Shown here in pieces: positions 26,640-40,390 of a DNA stretch of 64,000 nucleotides. Each line of letters opens with the position of its first letter. Position 1 is the stretch's first letter. Under the pieces are notes generated by a model that saw only the letters and a list, made by a program, of their open reading frames with translations, was not told the origin of the DNA and made no database searches. Source of the DNA: Octopus vulgaris (lineage: Eukaryota); contig OX597815.1 of assembly GCA_951406725.2 (NCBI GenBank), positions 72,602,001-72,666,000 of the forward strand, in the 5' to 3' direction. The translations under genes and the position numbers were made by a program.

Positions 26640-27155
26640 GGCCATTCTCGCTATCCATTTTTGCCACAGACACCCATCTTTTCATAAATTCACTGGGTGG
26701 AGGCGGGAAAGGTAGCGCTTCCCTCTCCACCCTCATTAGTCTTTCCAAGTGAAACTTAATAAAGTCGATGAAACCTTGACCAAAGAGGAAAAGGTCTTTC
26801 TTCTATCCTTTCAGCCTCGTCCACCTCACAACCTCATTCACCATTATCACCAGACAGAGGAACACCCTCTGGCCTGTCTTATGACAGGTGGTAGTGGGGC
26901 GATCCTCACGATGGATTCGACCGACAGTCGAATTTGTCCCACACGTGATAACAGCTGTTCGATATAATTCTACAAGTCGGTAGTACTCGGACACTGCAAG
27001 AGTGCATGCAGAACGGTTTCATCGCTCTGTGCTCCTCTCGGGCAGTCTCGCCTGTTAGCGCTTCTGTGCCAGTGGAGTTTAGAGATAATCGGTAACACGG
27101 CCAGGTGAGGGACTTCGGGAAGTTATCCATAGTATTACCTGGCCCGAAAGTCGTC
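26640..27155 (-). pseudogene. L1/Tx1-like LINE ORF2 C-terminal fragment
   Basis: MDNFPKSLTWPCYR, CPRGAQSDETVLHALLQCP (zinc-knuckle-like) and VVRWTRLKG; homologous to 63760-63990. Confidence 0.75.
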
Positions 27156-27725
27156 CAATTATAATAATCTTTTCTATAAAAGGCACAAACCCTGAGATTT
27201 TTAGGGGAGGACGTAAGTCGATTACAACGACCTCAGAGTTCAACATGTAATTATTTCATCTACCTCGAAAAGATGAAAAGCAAGGTGAACCCCTACGGAA
27301 TTGAACTCAGAAACACCAATTACGCAACAGCACACATGTGTTTACCCCTGTACATTCTGAGTTCAAATCTACCCCACGAAGGTCAGCTTTCTTTTTCATC
27401 CTTCTGCGGTTGATAATTATATAATACCAGTTATATACTGGAAGCGATTCCATGAACTTAAAGTTTTCTTACAAAAATAAAACTAACTAACGTTCTATAC
27501 GGAAAGAAATCAATTAATATTTCTAATAAAACCTTTCTGTTGTGATTGTCTGCCGTTAATTTCGTGATTTTGAAGTTGATGGAAGAGTTTGAAGTAAGAG
27601 ACATTTATCTGTTTTTATGACATGATTCGAATTACAAGTAACTGAACAGGAAACGTTAATTCACAGTATTTGATTTCAACAATAAACGATCATAACTGGA
27701 TATTTGAGAGAAGTATTGTTGCTGC

Positions 27726-27757
<32 letters not shown>

Positions 27758-28697
27758 TTGTTGTTGCTGTTATTGTTAGTGGCTTATTCGTTAACGTTTG
27801 TTAAAAGAGAAAACAATTTAGCAACTGCAGCAGAGCCATTTTGCAATCACCGTTATTAAATTTCCATGCGGTACCAGGTGGATGCAGTTAAATTCGCACA
27901 AACAACTTATGTAGAAATTTTCAATATACGATATATAATTATATGATGTGTGTGTGTGTGTGTGTTTGTGTGTGTGCGTATGTGTGCGTATGTGTGCGTA
28001 TGTGTGCGAACGTTGAGATCAAATTTATAGCAGTGATGCCCTGTAATCTGTCGTAGTGTAAAATTTACAGTGTTCGCGTTTGGAATTGTTCCAATATTTC
28101 CATTCTTATAATGGATGTTAGTACAATTACCTTCCATCTTTTAGCGTGCGCGTATGTGATACAAGCATAAAAAAAGCATGAATAAGATGTAAAAAAAAAG
28201 AGCCCAAATAAACAGGGTGTATTAGGTTTATGCTCAGAAAATTATAAGTTTTTAACGTTTCGAGCATACGCTCTTCTATGGAAAGGACAGATGAGGAAAC
28301 AACAACAATAACTAGCAATTGTACCAACAGTAATCTGACATTATTCCTCTCTTATTTCCATGCTGAAACATTTAAACACTTACGCGGTGACTAGATCTAC
28401 TAGACATTAACCAATTTTCCATCAAATCTCCCTCTATCATCTTAAAAAGTGTGTCATGGCCACGGACGATACGTCTTTGACCAACGGCTGTCAAAGATGA
28501 CTTGGAGTTAAAGTACTTAGTTCCCTAGCCATCACTGATTCGTGCCCTTAGAACTCAAAGGGCGGGTTTACTCGGTTTCCATGGCATACAAAATGACCGA
28601 GATCTCAACACTACCCTCTGAACGGGACGCCAGTTAATCTCTCTCTCTCCCTCCCCCCTCTCTCTCTCTCTCTTCTCTTCTCTTTCTCACTTCTCAC

Positions 28698-29065
28698 TTA
28701 GGTCTTTTCATTCCTCAGGGAACATAAGGCCACAGCAACATTTTCCCAACGGACGCGGTTCTGGGAGATCCTCTTCAGCTTGACCCACGTCTCGCGTCAT
28801 GCGCTCTACCGGAGAGGACTGTTTCTCTACCACGTCGCTTGGGAGAGCCGTTACGGTTTCTGTAACAGATATGTTTTTTTACTTGAACGGGTTGTTAGCC
28901 CACTGCTAAATCCCGAACCTGGAGGACCTTGAGCAATCCCGAACCTTGAGTACACTTCGTCTGGTCTCTACCCTTCAACCTGTCTGGCTTGGGTAGCCAT
29001 GTCAAGATACAAAACTCCCGCCAGCATAGCTCTCATGGTCACAGAGACACACAAGCCCCGCATCC
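28698..29065 (-). mobile_element. Bipartite non-autonomous RTE (5'UTR-like part fused to ORF 3' end)
   Basis: The 3' part translates TWVKLKRISQNRVRWENVAVALCSLRNEKT*. The 5' part has RTE 5'UTR-like motifs (ggggcttgtgtgtctc...gctatgctggcgggag...tcctccaggtt...gggctaacaacc). Confidence 0.7.
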
Positions 29066-31029
29066 AACGACAAGCTGGTACTCATCTGCAAGGAGTTCGT
29101 CTGAGGGTTACTCATTTACAGCTGAGTTCACGTAAGCAACGTGAAATGAAGTTGTTTTTCCTTCAAGAATACAATGCCTTCTGCCATAATAAAAGTGAAA
29201 GCTTAATAACCACATTCATTCAATCTAAATATAGGCAGGATTAAACACTAACTTCAAATTAAACTTCAACAAAGAAACACATCAATCTATGTACATCTGT
29301 ATCGATGCGCGCGCGCGTGTTTGCACCAACCACTGCCTGATAACATAGATCTTGGTGTGTTCACATCCCCGTGTCAGCGGTTCGGCGAAACAGACACACA
29401 GAATAAGTAACATGCTTAAAAAAAAAACAAAGAAACGATAATTACTGGAGTCGATTCATTTGACAAAAAATTCTTCTAGGCTTTACCCCAGCATGGCCGC
29501 AGTCTAATAACTGAAACATGTAAACGATATTGGGAGAAGTCACGTCGGTGGAGCATCTACCAGAAGCATGGGAAAATTGGTGAGAATATTGCAAGTACTT
29601 CTAAGCTTTATTCCACTTCATTGCCCTGCATTGCATTACACTACATTCTGCCATTTTAATACACTTCTCTACACGACACAAGCATTACATTTTAAGAAGA
29701 AATAATTCAAAAAAATACAAGCAAATAATAATATCTCAAAGCCATGTCACGCTTCAATATTTCGTTTATTTTTATTCCACGAGACTATTTACAACAACGA
29801 CAGCAGCAGCGACAACAACAGCCACAACAACAAGCAAAACAGATTGATTAAGTCATGTCACGTGAGGTACCAATAAAGATCACATATTCGCTTTCTTTCC
29901 CACTTCCCTATCCTAAACTAAACAGCGTCTACCCTCAATACCACCACCTTTAAAAAAAAAAACGAACAGAAAAAAAAATGAACAAAGAAAGAGAAAGAAA
30001 TGATAAAACCTAGCTTAAAATAATGACTGTACGCTTTACTGATTACCAAATTGAATATTGTTATCAGTAAAATAGTTAGAAAAAGAAATTAAAAGCAACC
30101 AGACTATCGTCTGCTTTTCCAGACGATAACAAACGCTACTCTGAATAAAGCGTATTATCAAATGATCAAGATGGCGTCCAAAACTTGATATTAAATAAGT
30201 TCGTTTATTGTATATGTATGTACGCACGAACGTATGTATGTATGTATGTATGTATGTATGTATGTATGTATGTATGTATGTATGTATGTATGTATGTATG
30301 TATGTATGTATGTATGTATGTATGTATGTATTGTGTGCGCGCGTGCGTGTATATATATTTGCAAGAGATTTGATCCGAAATCGTCTGAGAGATATCGTCG
30401 TCTTTTGTGCAAGAGTCATATCGGCAATTTATCAGATACGATTTGATAGTGAAGAGATGAGAGAAGAGATGTGGCCTGAAGTAAACTGGTTTTAATTAAG
30501 GATTGAAACCGCACTGCAGAGCCATATTTGCCTCGATCTCATTTCTTGCTTTTTTTTGGTGTTCGACAATGTAGATACTGACGACGACGACGATGACGAT
30601 GACGAGGAGGAGGATGGTGGTGATTGTGTCTGATTGTAAGCATTATGGAGATATGAATCGATGATGGGAATGAAAAGAAAAAAATTCTGTTTGGTTCTAT
30701 GAAGTAGAAAGTGGGACGAACTAACAAGGTGGCGCGTTTCATGCTGAAATAAGACATTTCATTTAAACAAACATAGTGAAGGTGCGTGACCAAGTGGTTA
30801 AGGCGTTCGGGTCACGATCAGAAGATGATAGGTTCAATTCCTGAACCGAGCGACTATCAAATTCTTTGTTTTTACGTTGCTCTAATCTATTCCGCTTTAA
30901 TGAGTACCAGACACGGTGCTGGTGTGGTTCTCTCTCCCTCCAGTATCTTTTACGGTTCCAATAAGAGTCTAGCATGTAGCCGTGAGCGAATTTCAGCGAT
31001 GTTCATGGAGGCACCATGCCATTCAACTA

Positions 31030-31440
31030 AAGGTACATACATGCAAACAAGACTTGCTGTTAACTTGTTTAAGGTATTGCACTTCAAAGTTAAGGTCAAG
31101 ATTACATATATTGTTTGCTGATGATTGTGCTCTTGAAAAAGACATGCAGAGCTTGGTAGATGCAGCCACAAAGTTCGGCTTCAGCATGTGGAAGACTGAA
31201 ATTCTGATTCGAACCAAGAAACACAACCTGAGAGCTCATCGTCGTTGAGAAGTAGGAGCTGATAGAGACAGACCACTTTACCTATCTGGAAAATACAATC
31301 AGTACTGGTGATGGGTTCTGAGACTTACTCGATCGTAGGATGAACGAAGCCATCTCGGCATTTGGAAAGTTCAGAGCGCAACAAATCTGGTGTAACTAAA
31401 AGCACGTGTCGATAAAACTTCAAGAAATAATAGTATCGAC
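31030..31440 (+). pseudogene. RTE (BovB-like) reverse transcriptase fragment
   Basis: LFADDCAL..DMQSLVD..KFGFS..KTEIL, then FTYL and RMNEAISAFGK across frameshifts. Confidence 0.8.
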
Positions 31441-31795
31441 CATCGCTGCTCGGCAACAGTTCTAATAGTATCAGTATCGGTCTTGTTTTCGGAGGCTGGA
31501 TCGCAGCAATGCATAGTAGTATCTTCCCGGTGATCAAGGTAAACGACCACCTCTTGGAACCGTTTCATATTGCGTTCGTCGAGAATGTTCTCTCTCGTCT
31601 CATCTCTATGTAGCGCCTCTTGAGTCGTTACTACGAAAGTTAGTACTGTAGAGGGTCATTCTTTTTTAACTGGGATGCAGAAGAGCTGTCTCACTGTACG
31701 AGGACGACGTTATTGTAATGATGTCAGTGGAGGTGGTCAGTACTGTTCTAAAGAAATACGAAGCAATGTTAAGGACAAAGATAAAGGAGAAATCG

Positions 31796-31906
<111 letters not shown>

Positions 31907-32154
31907 ATTAAGGGATTATCAAAAAGTTGCTTCACCACACACCGGAAATTCCGAAATAGCAGTCAAAACTGCTTATTCTTCTACACAGACAGCAATACTT
32001 GCAACTCACATAGGCAAAAAGAAGAAAAAACAACAATCATTTAGAATAAGCCTTTCAGAAAATATGTGTCGTATGGTCCTGTCACGTGAGAAACGAAATC
32101 ACGTGTATAAACGCCACCATTGAAAAACTGTACGAACATTTGTCCCAACCCAAA

Positions 32155-32185
<31 letters not shown>

Positions 32186-32250
32186 TGTATGTATGTATGT
32201 ATGTATGTATGTATGTATGTATGTATGTATGTATGTATGTATGTGAAATT

Positions 32251-32620
32251 GTTGCAATTGGTGCCTTCCTAGTTAATGTCTTTGTTTCCGTTTTGTAACG
32301 GTGTTACAGATTTATATTCGCCAATTGAAATGTCTTTCATTTTAATTACGGCAGCCGACCGAAACAGACGCCGCCTCATGGAGAAAGTCGCCACTAACCA
32401 CACAATGTCAGGTCTACTTTTCCACTGCACTTGCTGGCTAACTGTCAACAGCATTGTTGACGCGTTATCTGTAGATTAATTTGGCTTTCATTCATAAAAA
32501 CCTATTTTAGCTACGCAACATGGTTGTAACAAAAATCGCAGCTGTTTTTCGGATAATTTCAAAAGAATAACTCGGAGACTTACCATTTCCTGGTTACACC
32601 ATGTTTTCGGATTTATTATG
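32251..32620 (+). repeat. Non-coding block duplicated at 38443-38840
   Basis: Colinear diverged direct repeat with an identical 44-bp core. Confidence 0.85.
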
Positions 32621-32890
32621 AAAACAAAAATAGTAAAAAATACTTCTCTCTAATTTTGGCACAAGGCCAGCAATTTTGTTATTTGATTTTCGTTTTGTTT
32701 ACGTTTTATCAATCTATATATTCATTTATTTATTTTCGTAGTAAAAAAACATGTTTATATGTCTTCACATATTGCATAACATCCTTCCCCCACTCCCCCT
32801 GTTTATAAAGCTTGCCTGAAAATCCCCACATGTTTTAGTAACATTTATAACATGGTTTTGGAGGTATGAACGGGGTCTATATTGTTGATG

Positions 32891-32922
<32 letters not shown>

Positions 32923-33371
32923 GGGGTTCCTTACGTATCGCTCATATGATTTAAAAAATATTCATCGGATTACGCGATAAGCTGCACAGATCTTTTACGA
33001 GAACTGTATTCATTGAAAGGGAGGCTCTTATTGCGTTTTCTGCTGTTTGAGAGAAAAACAAAATACTATTTAAAAAAAAAATCTTTTCGTTAGGTATTTA
33101 TAACACGGCTACTGAGACAACATTACACTCCCCCAAAATTGCATCACAGTAAAAAGGAAACGGTACCAGCTATAAAAGTTACGTAAACGAAATATGACAG
33201 GCATTTGTACTTTTAAAAATTCACGAGAAGAAATGGAATATTCCCTGGCAAATAAATACATGATGCAGCATCATAACACACCAACAGAATCAAATGAAAT
33301 CGTAGAAAAAATAATGTTTTCTTTCTTTTACTTCCGTCACTGCAATAAGGAAATTTATTTTAGCATATGAA

Positions 33372-33812
33372 CAGAATTCAATTAGAGGAGCTGTGGCAGA
33401 ATTGTAACACTAAGTATTATGAGTTATTCTTGAAGAATTTATCCAAGAGCCAGCAGTGAAAAAGCTAGCATACCTCTGCATCATGAATGGAAGGGTGGGC
33501 TTCGAGAGATCAATTAAAGTAGGTTCTTCAAGATATCAATTAAAGTAGGCTCTGAACTTCAACACCAAAGATGAAGGAAAGTAAGAGTGCGGAAATCATT
33601 CATATCAACTACGTCATCAACTGCAGCGAAATTTTGAATATAGACAGAATTCGGTTTGAGTTGTGACAGAATTGCGTCGCGGGGCTTTATGAATTGTTGC
33701 TCGAAGAATTTATTCAAAACCAGGCAAGAGAAAAAAGCTAACATATTTATGTATTACAAATGGAAGGAAGCGCTTTTTTAATGTCTTTGAGGAATCCAAT
33801 TAAAGGAGGCTC
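33372..33812 (+). repeat. Diverged tandem duplication, period about 270 bp
   Basis: cagaatt...gaagaatttat...aaaaagcta...atggaagg...caattaaag occurs twice. Confidence 0.65.
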
Positions 33813-35752
33813 TCGCCGATGTGTAACAGGGTAAGTCTAACAGTATCATCTGTCTAACCTTCAAAAAAGAGGTTGAAACGTAGCGGATAAATTATCAGTA
33901 AATCATCCGCCTTTGTATCTTAGTACATAGACATGTGTAATACAACGATGACAGTCAATAGTATTGAACCCTGGTTCACAGAAGGGACGAGGAACGACAA
34001 ATCGTCAGGAGATCAGTATGAACTTGCAATTCCATATGATGCTCTCAAGACAGCAGGTTTATTATTAAAGCTTGTACTTCAGTGTGGGCACATAGGCAAA
34101 AGCGATGAGATGGGCGGTGAAAGAGAAAGTCCAGCTGTTATACTTGTAGTAGTAAGAGTTACATGAGAGCTTCCTGCTCCAAAAAATTGGTAAAATAGAA
34201 AAGAGTAAATGTGTAGCCTGTATCAACAACAAACAGTAGAGTATAGAAGAAGCTTTTCCAACATAGAAGAAGCTTTTTCCAACAGCGGTGCATCAGCATG
34301 GCCGCAGCTCTGAGCTAAAACTACAGAAAAAAAGCATCATCGCCAGTCAGTTGAAGCCCCAGAAAAGATAGGGGGGATCGTCCCACTTTGGCCTCTAAAG
34401 TGAAACATAAATTACGAGATTTGAAAGAAGATACATGGTGACGAGGGAAAAGAAGGGCAGACGTGTGAGGCGGGAGTTTCCCGGTGGAGATGACACGAAA
34501 CCAATCAATTCTGAGAACCATGTACTACAGAAATAACAGTAGAAAAGATGGACGGAAGAGGCAGCAAGTCTGTAAAACAGGGATTGGTGAGTAAACGTAC
34601 TGGCAACTAATTTCATGACAGTTAGTAGCGGGAAGTCTTTTTATTTGATGCGGTAACAGTACCATCCAAGTCGTGCGAGCAGTATCCCTATTGTGAATCT
34701 TCATCTAAGATTTATTTACGATTAATCACTTTTGATGACTGAAGTATTTTCTAGCCTCGAAGAAGGTCAAACATTGTGAGGCAGTTTTTGATTTGTATTG
34801 TAGTTGTGAGATTACCAGAAAAGATCCTTCGTGATGAGGAAGCATAACAATTGTAGAAACATTGAGGCATCTAACAGAGCTGAATCGTTAGCACGTCAAA
34901 CGAAATGTTTAGCTGCATTTCTTTTATAATCCTAATTCAAATACTACTGAGGTTAACTTGGTCTTTCATCCTTTCGAGTTTGACAAAAAGTACCAGTCAA
35001 GTACTGAGGTCAGTGTAATCGACTGGTCTCTTCCCCTCAAAATTGGTGACCTTGAATCCCGCAATGGACCAATGGAGATGTGATCTCGGTCACTTATATA
35101 CACCATGGAAACCGGATAACCGGCCTTCTGAGAGCTTGGCATCGAGAGAAGGTAAAAGAAACAATAATGTTTGCTTGATACGTGAAGTGTTTGTGTCATC
35201 GTGTTGTTGATCTATAAATGAATAGTATGTTACCCCCACACCACCCATTGTAGGATATTTTTCGAGGTCTCTGTTTACGGAGGAGTCTGTGTAGTCTTGT
35301 CGAGGGAAACCTCGTATCAACATCGAAGAGTCTTTCTCGTTGCTATCTACTTTTGTTGAAGGCATGTTCTAGTTAACTGAGTCACTTGAATCGCTTCATT
35401 TAACTCTTTAATGACCATGAGAAAGTCATGAATGCCACGCCTTCTAATTCGTTTTGCCTGTTACTGAGTGGATCTTATACTATTGTATTTTTGTCGTGTT
35501 TTGTTATAAGTAATATGTGGTATCTTTCATATGTGTCTCCATGATAGATGTTTGTCACGAAACTCCATTTTGTCGTCTGTATGTCTCATTTTTCACATAT
35601 CAGACTCTCTTCTGTCGTATCAGCTGTCCCACGGTTAAGTCAACATTGATATAAATGAAGCAAATTAGAATAATGTAAAATGCTGCAGCACTTGCGGGAC
35701 ATCTATTATAGGTCAAGTGTGTACTATATATTCAAACTTATTTCATTTCATT

Positions 35753-35783
<31 letters not shown>

Positions 35784-35784
35784 T

Positions 35785-35887
<103 letters not shown>

Positions 35888-35929
35888 ACAGAAGAGAACA
35901 TACATGTATATTATCTTCTGCTTTTAATT

Positions 35930-37030
35930 ATTTGAAATCTTCCTGTAAGGTTTCTAACAAAGAGATATAAAGCTTCATCGTTGTAATGTATATGGTATAA
36001 TATTTATGGTGTTTAGGGAAATTTGATTGTAGAATTTGAAAGAAAAGTTTAGGTAAATTTCTAACCCTGAGTGGAAAAGGAAAGAGCGAGCCACACAACC
36101 TCACGTATTCTGGGTTTAGAATTACTGGATATATTAGGATTTTTAGGAGTAGACGGTCTATAGTTATATTTATTACAATTATCATAATGTTTATGGTTTC
36201 TCGAGTTAAACCCTTTAAATTTCGGTTTATTTGTGCTAAGTATATTTAATGGGCCTAATTTCCTTAAGTCTACAGAATTATTAGAACTGGTATTCGTCAT
36301 CTTCATTTTTAATTTTGTATTCGGTATATAATAAATGCTTTTATCAAATCCGCTTAATTTCAGGGTGTTGTTATAAAACGGAGCGTGTTGTTTAAAGATA
36401 TCTTCGTTAGCTGATAAGTTTGACAAGCTAATGGAAATAGCTACCACGATGCTATTATTAGTTGAATAGGGATGGTTTGAGGATACATTGATATATTGAA
36501 GGGTTTGTTTCGGTTTCCTATACAGATAGTAGAGTCCGGTGTTTAAGTCTAATGTAACGTCAAGAAAATTAGCTACCTTAGGGTTGATATAAAAAAATGA
36601 TATCAAGGTTATAAAAATATTTTTATAAATTTCTTTAGATCCTTTTTTAATCTTTCTATGGCGGGATTAGATAGATTGCGTGCGATAAATAGGGAATTAT
36701 CCCTATAGATACCACCAGAAAGACAAAGGAAGCTACTTTTTATCTTATCAAGGAGATACAGACCCACTAAATCAGTGATCTGTGCTGAACCCGACGAGCC
36801 CATTGTTATATCAAATAGGTCCGTGGTTTCAGACCTGACCTAGTTTTGGTCATTATAATCAATTAAAGTCATCTTAGCGACATGTATAATATCTATTTTA
36901 ATTGACTTTTACATGTAATTTTGTTCACTGATTTATGAATTTAAATGTATATTTATTTTGTTGTGTGTTTAAAATTATGGTTTGGAATTTGTATTGATTG
37001 CCTGGATGTGTTCCTTCTATAATTTCCCTT
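35930..37030 (-). pseudogene. Penelope-like element RT fragment
   Basis: FDITMGSSGSAQITDLVGLYLL, GIYRDN (YRDD-like) and NFLDVTLDL...YRKP...YINVSSNHP; frameshifts present. Confidence 0.85.
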
Positions 37031-37035
37031 ATGTA

Positions 37036-37067
<32 letters not shown>

Positions 37068-37252
37068 GGGGAGAGAAATATAGGTCCAAGTAGAACAATT
37101 CAAACTTTTTGAGGAGTCCAAAAAGAGAGAAAATAATTTTCATCATATTCAAAAATATCCCGCTAGAGCAAGCAATAAGAATATGAAAATAACAATTGAA
37201 AAAGTTCGTTATAGGTATCTTTATAACGAACTTTTTCAATTATATATATATA

Positions 37253-37789
37253 CGGGGTGGGCCAAAATAAATGCCCCAACTTGCGTTTTTGAAAATCCAA
37301 CGATTTTGTAGGTGCTGATCGAGGAAGTTTCTTATACGCTTGTCATAATGGAAGGTGCTACATCTTGCACAAACATTTTGGAATAACACTATCGAAAATA
37401 CGGCCAGATGATGTTTTCACACAATGCCAGGTAACGATCACCATTCATAATTTCTCGTTGAATATGAAATGCACAAATTCTTGAAGACGATATCGCCGCC
37501 CAAATAACAAGAGAAGGTGATTTGACGTGCTTTCCCCAAACCATTCAGGGTCATCTTCTGAATAATAGAAGCAGTTATGGCGGTTGATGTGACCGGAAAC
37601 ATAGACGGTCGTTTCATCAGAGAAAGTCAGTCAATCAAAAAATCTGGAATTTCTGGCTCCTGCCAGCATTCTCTCACGAAATTCGACATATAGAAATAAT
37701 AACAGCATGCATCAAGAAACTACAGAACTAATAGACACATATAATCAGGGCACATATAAAGGTGAAACACTAATTTTTGGCCCACCCTG
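37253..37789 (-). mobile_element. Internally deleted Tc1/mariner-superfamily element (DD37D/DD41D-like)
   Basis: TA|cggggtgggccaaaa...ttttggcccaccctg|TA TIRs. The minus strand encodes FSDETTVYVSGHINRHNCFYYSEDDP and FVQDVAPS. Confidence 0.8.
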
Positions 37790-38442
37790 TATATACATAT
37801 ATATATATATTATAATAGTATTTAATGATTTCCAAATAAGCTATTTAATACCCAGTATAAAAGTACTTATAATACAAGAAAATATATAAATCGCCCATAC
37901 ACTTCAAGTTTAGAATTAGTCGACTCAATGGTAACAAAAACAGGACAGTAACCACAGTACAAAATATAAACAGTAAAAGACAGGACAAGGATAATAACAA
38001 GACAAGAAGGGCTGTTAATCCGAACGAAAAAAAAGTATTACGAACGCTATTTCTGAGGACGGCGAAGGGAGCAAAGAAAAATGCCGTCCACACTTCAAGG
38101 AAGTCAGGCGAGAAATACACTGTCGTTACTGTCCTGTTTTTGTTAGCATTTTTACCCCTCTGCAAAAAGATCTCAAATTTTATTTGATTTGCTTTTCGCA
38201 GGAAGAAGGGGGATTTTCCTTGTGTTATTTGTCCTGTACTCTATTTTTTGTTGTTTAAGAAAAATGTCTAGTTCCTTGGTTTTGTGTTTATGTTTTCGTT
38301 TCTCATTGTGTTCGACGTTTTTTTGGTGTCCTGTACCCATATATGCGTGTATATATACATGTAGAGGTAGGTACGTACATATATGTATATATATATGCAT
38401 ATGTTTTATTTATTAATATATATATATATATATATATAAAGG

Positions 38443-38840
38443 CGTTGCTGTTGGCGTCTTCATAGCATCGTTGTTTTCATGTTGCAACGGTATAATAGAT
38501 TTATATTCGCCGATTAAAAGGTCTTTCATTTTAATTACGGCAGCCGACCGAAACAGACGCCGCCACATTGAGAGAATCGTCACCATCACACAATGTTATG
38601 TCTACCGTTCCACTGCATTTGTCGGTTAACTGTCAACAGCATTGTTTACACGTTATCTATGGATTTATTTGCTTTTATTCGTATAAATACATATTTTAGC
38701 TACGCTACAAGATGTTAACAGAAAGTGCAATCGTTTTGTTTTTTTCTCAGATAATTTTAAAAAATAACAAAATAAAAATAAAAACCAATAACTACCGGAG
38801 TTCCTGGTTAAGCCATTTTTCCAGATTAGATGCAGAAATA
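38443..38840 (+). repeat. Second copy of the 32251-32620 block
   Basis: Same 44-bp core at 38521-38564. Confidence 0.85.
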
Positions 38841-39724
38841 GTATTTTGTTTTTGTTTTAATTTAAGTTTTTTTTTTGGTTTGCAAGATTCTTGATGTGAA
38901 CTCGTGTTGAAACATATTTTGTTGTATCTCGGGAGGGTCATTGTGCCAATGATAAACTCACACGTTGGTTCTATTTCATTTCTTTTGTTGTTGTTGCTGT
39001 TAATTATTATTATTATTATTTCTCGTGTCTTTTTTCTTGTTGTTGGGGTGGGGGAAGAACAAACTCTTCCCATTATTGTATTGCATCAGTTTATTTTGTA
39101 ATGGGGCTTGGCTTGAGCCTTTTGTTGTATCAGTGCCAGTGGCGGCTTGTAGATTAAATTAGTGGGGGTGCTGCTTCAGAAAATTTTTAGCCGTTGTTTT
39201 AATATTATGTAAAAGGAAACAAATATATAAAAAGAAAATTTATGCATAAATTTTCTTTTTAGCCACTACCGGGTAGTGTGTTTAATTTGTTCACTGAAAA
39301 CCCGCGAATTCCCCCTTGATTTAAAAAAATCCTCCTTAAATCACAAAATGTGGGGTGGGGGGCTATTTTTCAAATCCTGGAAGCAACACTGAAACTGGAA
39401 GCAGGATAATGTAACGTATGACATAATTATAAACAGGGCAGATCTTAGCCATTTCTCCGCAGACTGAAAAAAAATGAACAACCTTAATGGATTTTCGAAC
39501 CTTATTGGGTTCTCATCAGAAGTGTCCACATCATTCTGACAGTCTCCAGAGAAACAGGCAACCAAACTGTTTATATATTCAACAAATTCAGCAGTTACTC
39601 CATGAAGGAGTCCCTAATTTGCATACCGAGAGTGTTTAACACTTTATAAATACCAGCGGCCTGTCAACGGGGATCTTACTCCTCACAGTATCAAGATGTG
39701 GTATTATATATATATGGTATTATA

Positions 39725-39955
39725 AAGCGGCGAGCTGGCAGGAACGTTAGCACGCCGGGCGAAATGGGTAGCCGTATTTCGTCTGCCATTACTTTGTGTG
39801 TTCAAATTCTGCCGAGGTCGACTTTGCCTTTCATCCTTTCGGGGTCGATAAGTTAAGTACCAGTTACGCACTGGGGTCGATGTAATCGACTTAATGCCTT
39901 TGTCTGTCCTTGTTTGTCCCTTCTATGTTTAGCCCCTTGTGGGCAATAAAGAAAA
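39725..39955 (+). mobile_element. SINE family A
   Basis: Full-length copy ending agccccttgtgggcaataaagaaa. Confidence 0.9.
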
Positions 39956-39974
39956 AATATATATATATATTATA

Positions 39975-40390
39975 GCGCAGGAGTGGCTGTGTGGTAAGTA
40001 GCTTGTTTAGCAACCGCATGGTTCCGGGTTCAGTCCCACTGCGTGGCACCTTGGGCAAGTGTCTTCTACTATAGCCTCGGGCCGACCAAAGCCTTGTGAG
40101 TGGATTTGGTAGACGGAAACTGAAAGAAGCCTGTCGTATATATGTATATATATGTATATGTATGTGTGTGTTTGTGTGTCTGTGTTTGTCCCCTTAGCAT
40201 TGCTTGACAACCGATGCTGGTGTGTTTACGTCCCCGTTACTTAGCGGTTCGGCAAAAGAGACCGATAGAATAAGTACTGGGTTTACAAAGAATAAGTCCC
40301 GGGGTCGATTTGCTCTACTAAAGGCGGTGCTCCAGCATGGCCGCAGTCAAATGACTGAAGCAAGTAAAAGAGTAAAAGAGTAAAAGAGTA
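39975..40390 (+). mobile_element. SINE family B, full length, young
   Basis: gcgcaggagtggctgtgtggtaag (A box), ggttcagtccc (B-box-like), ccttgggcaagtg, and an (AAGAGTA)n tail. Confidence 0.9.

Noticed and set aside
28388-28410. tgactagatc resembling the miR-279 5' end
   Set aside because: No complementary arm for a hairpin, and the 3' part does not match.
30778-30850. tRNA-like sequence with A and B boxes
   Set aside because: No full cloverleaf; it matches the head of SINE family C.
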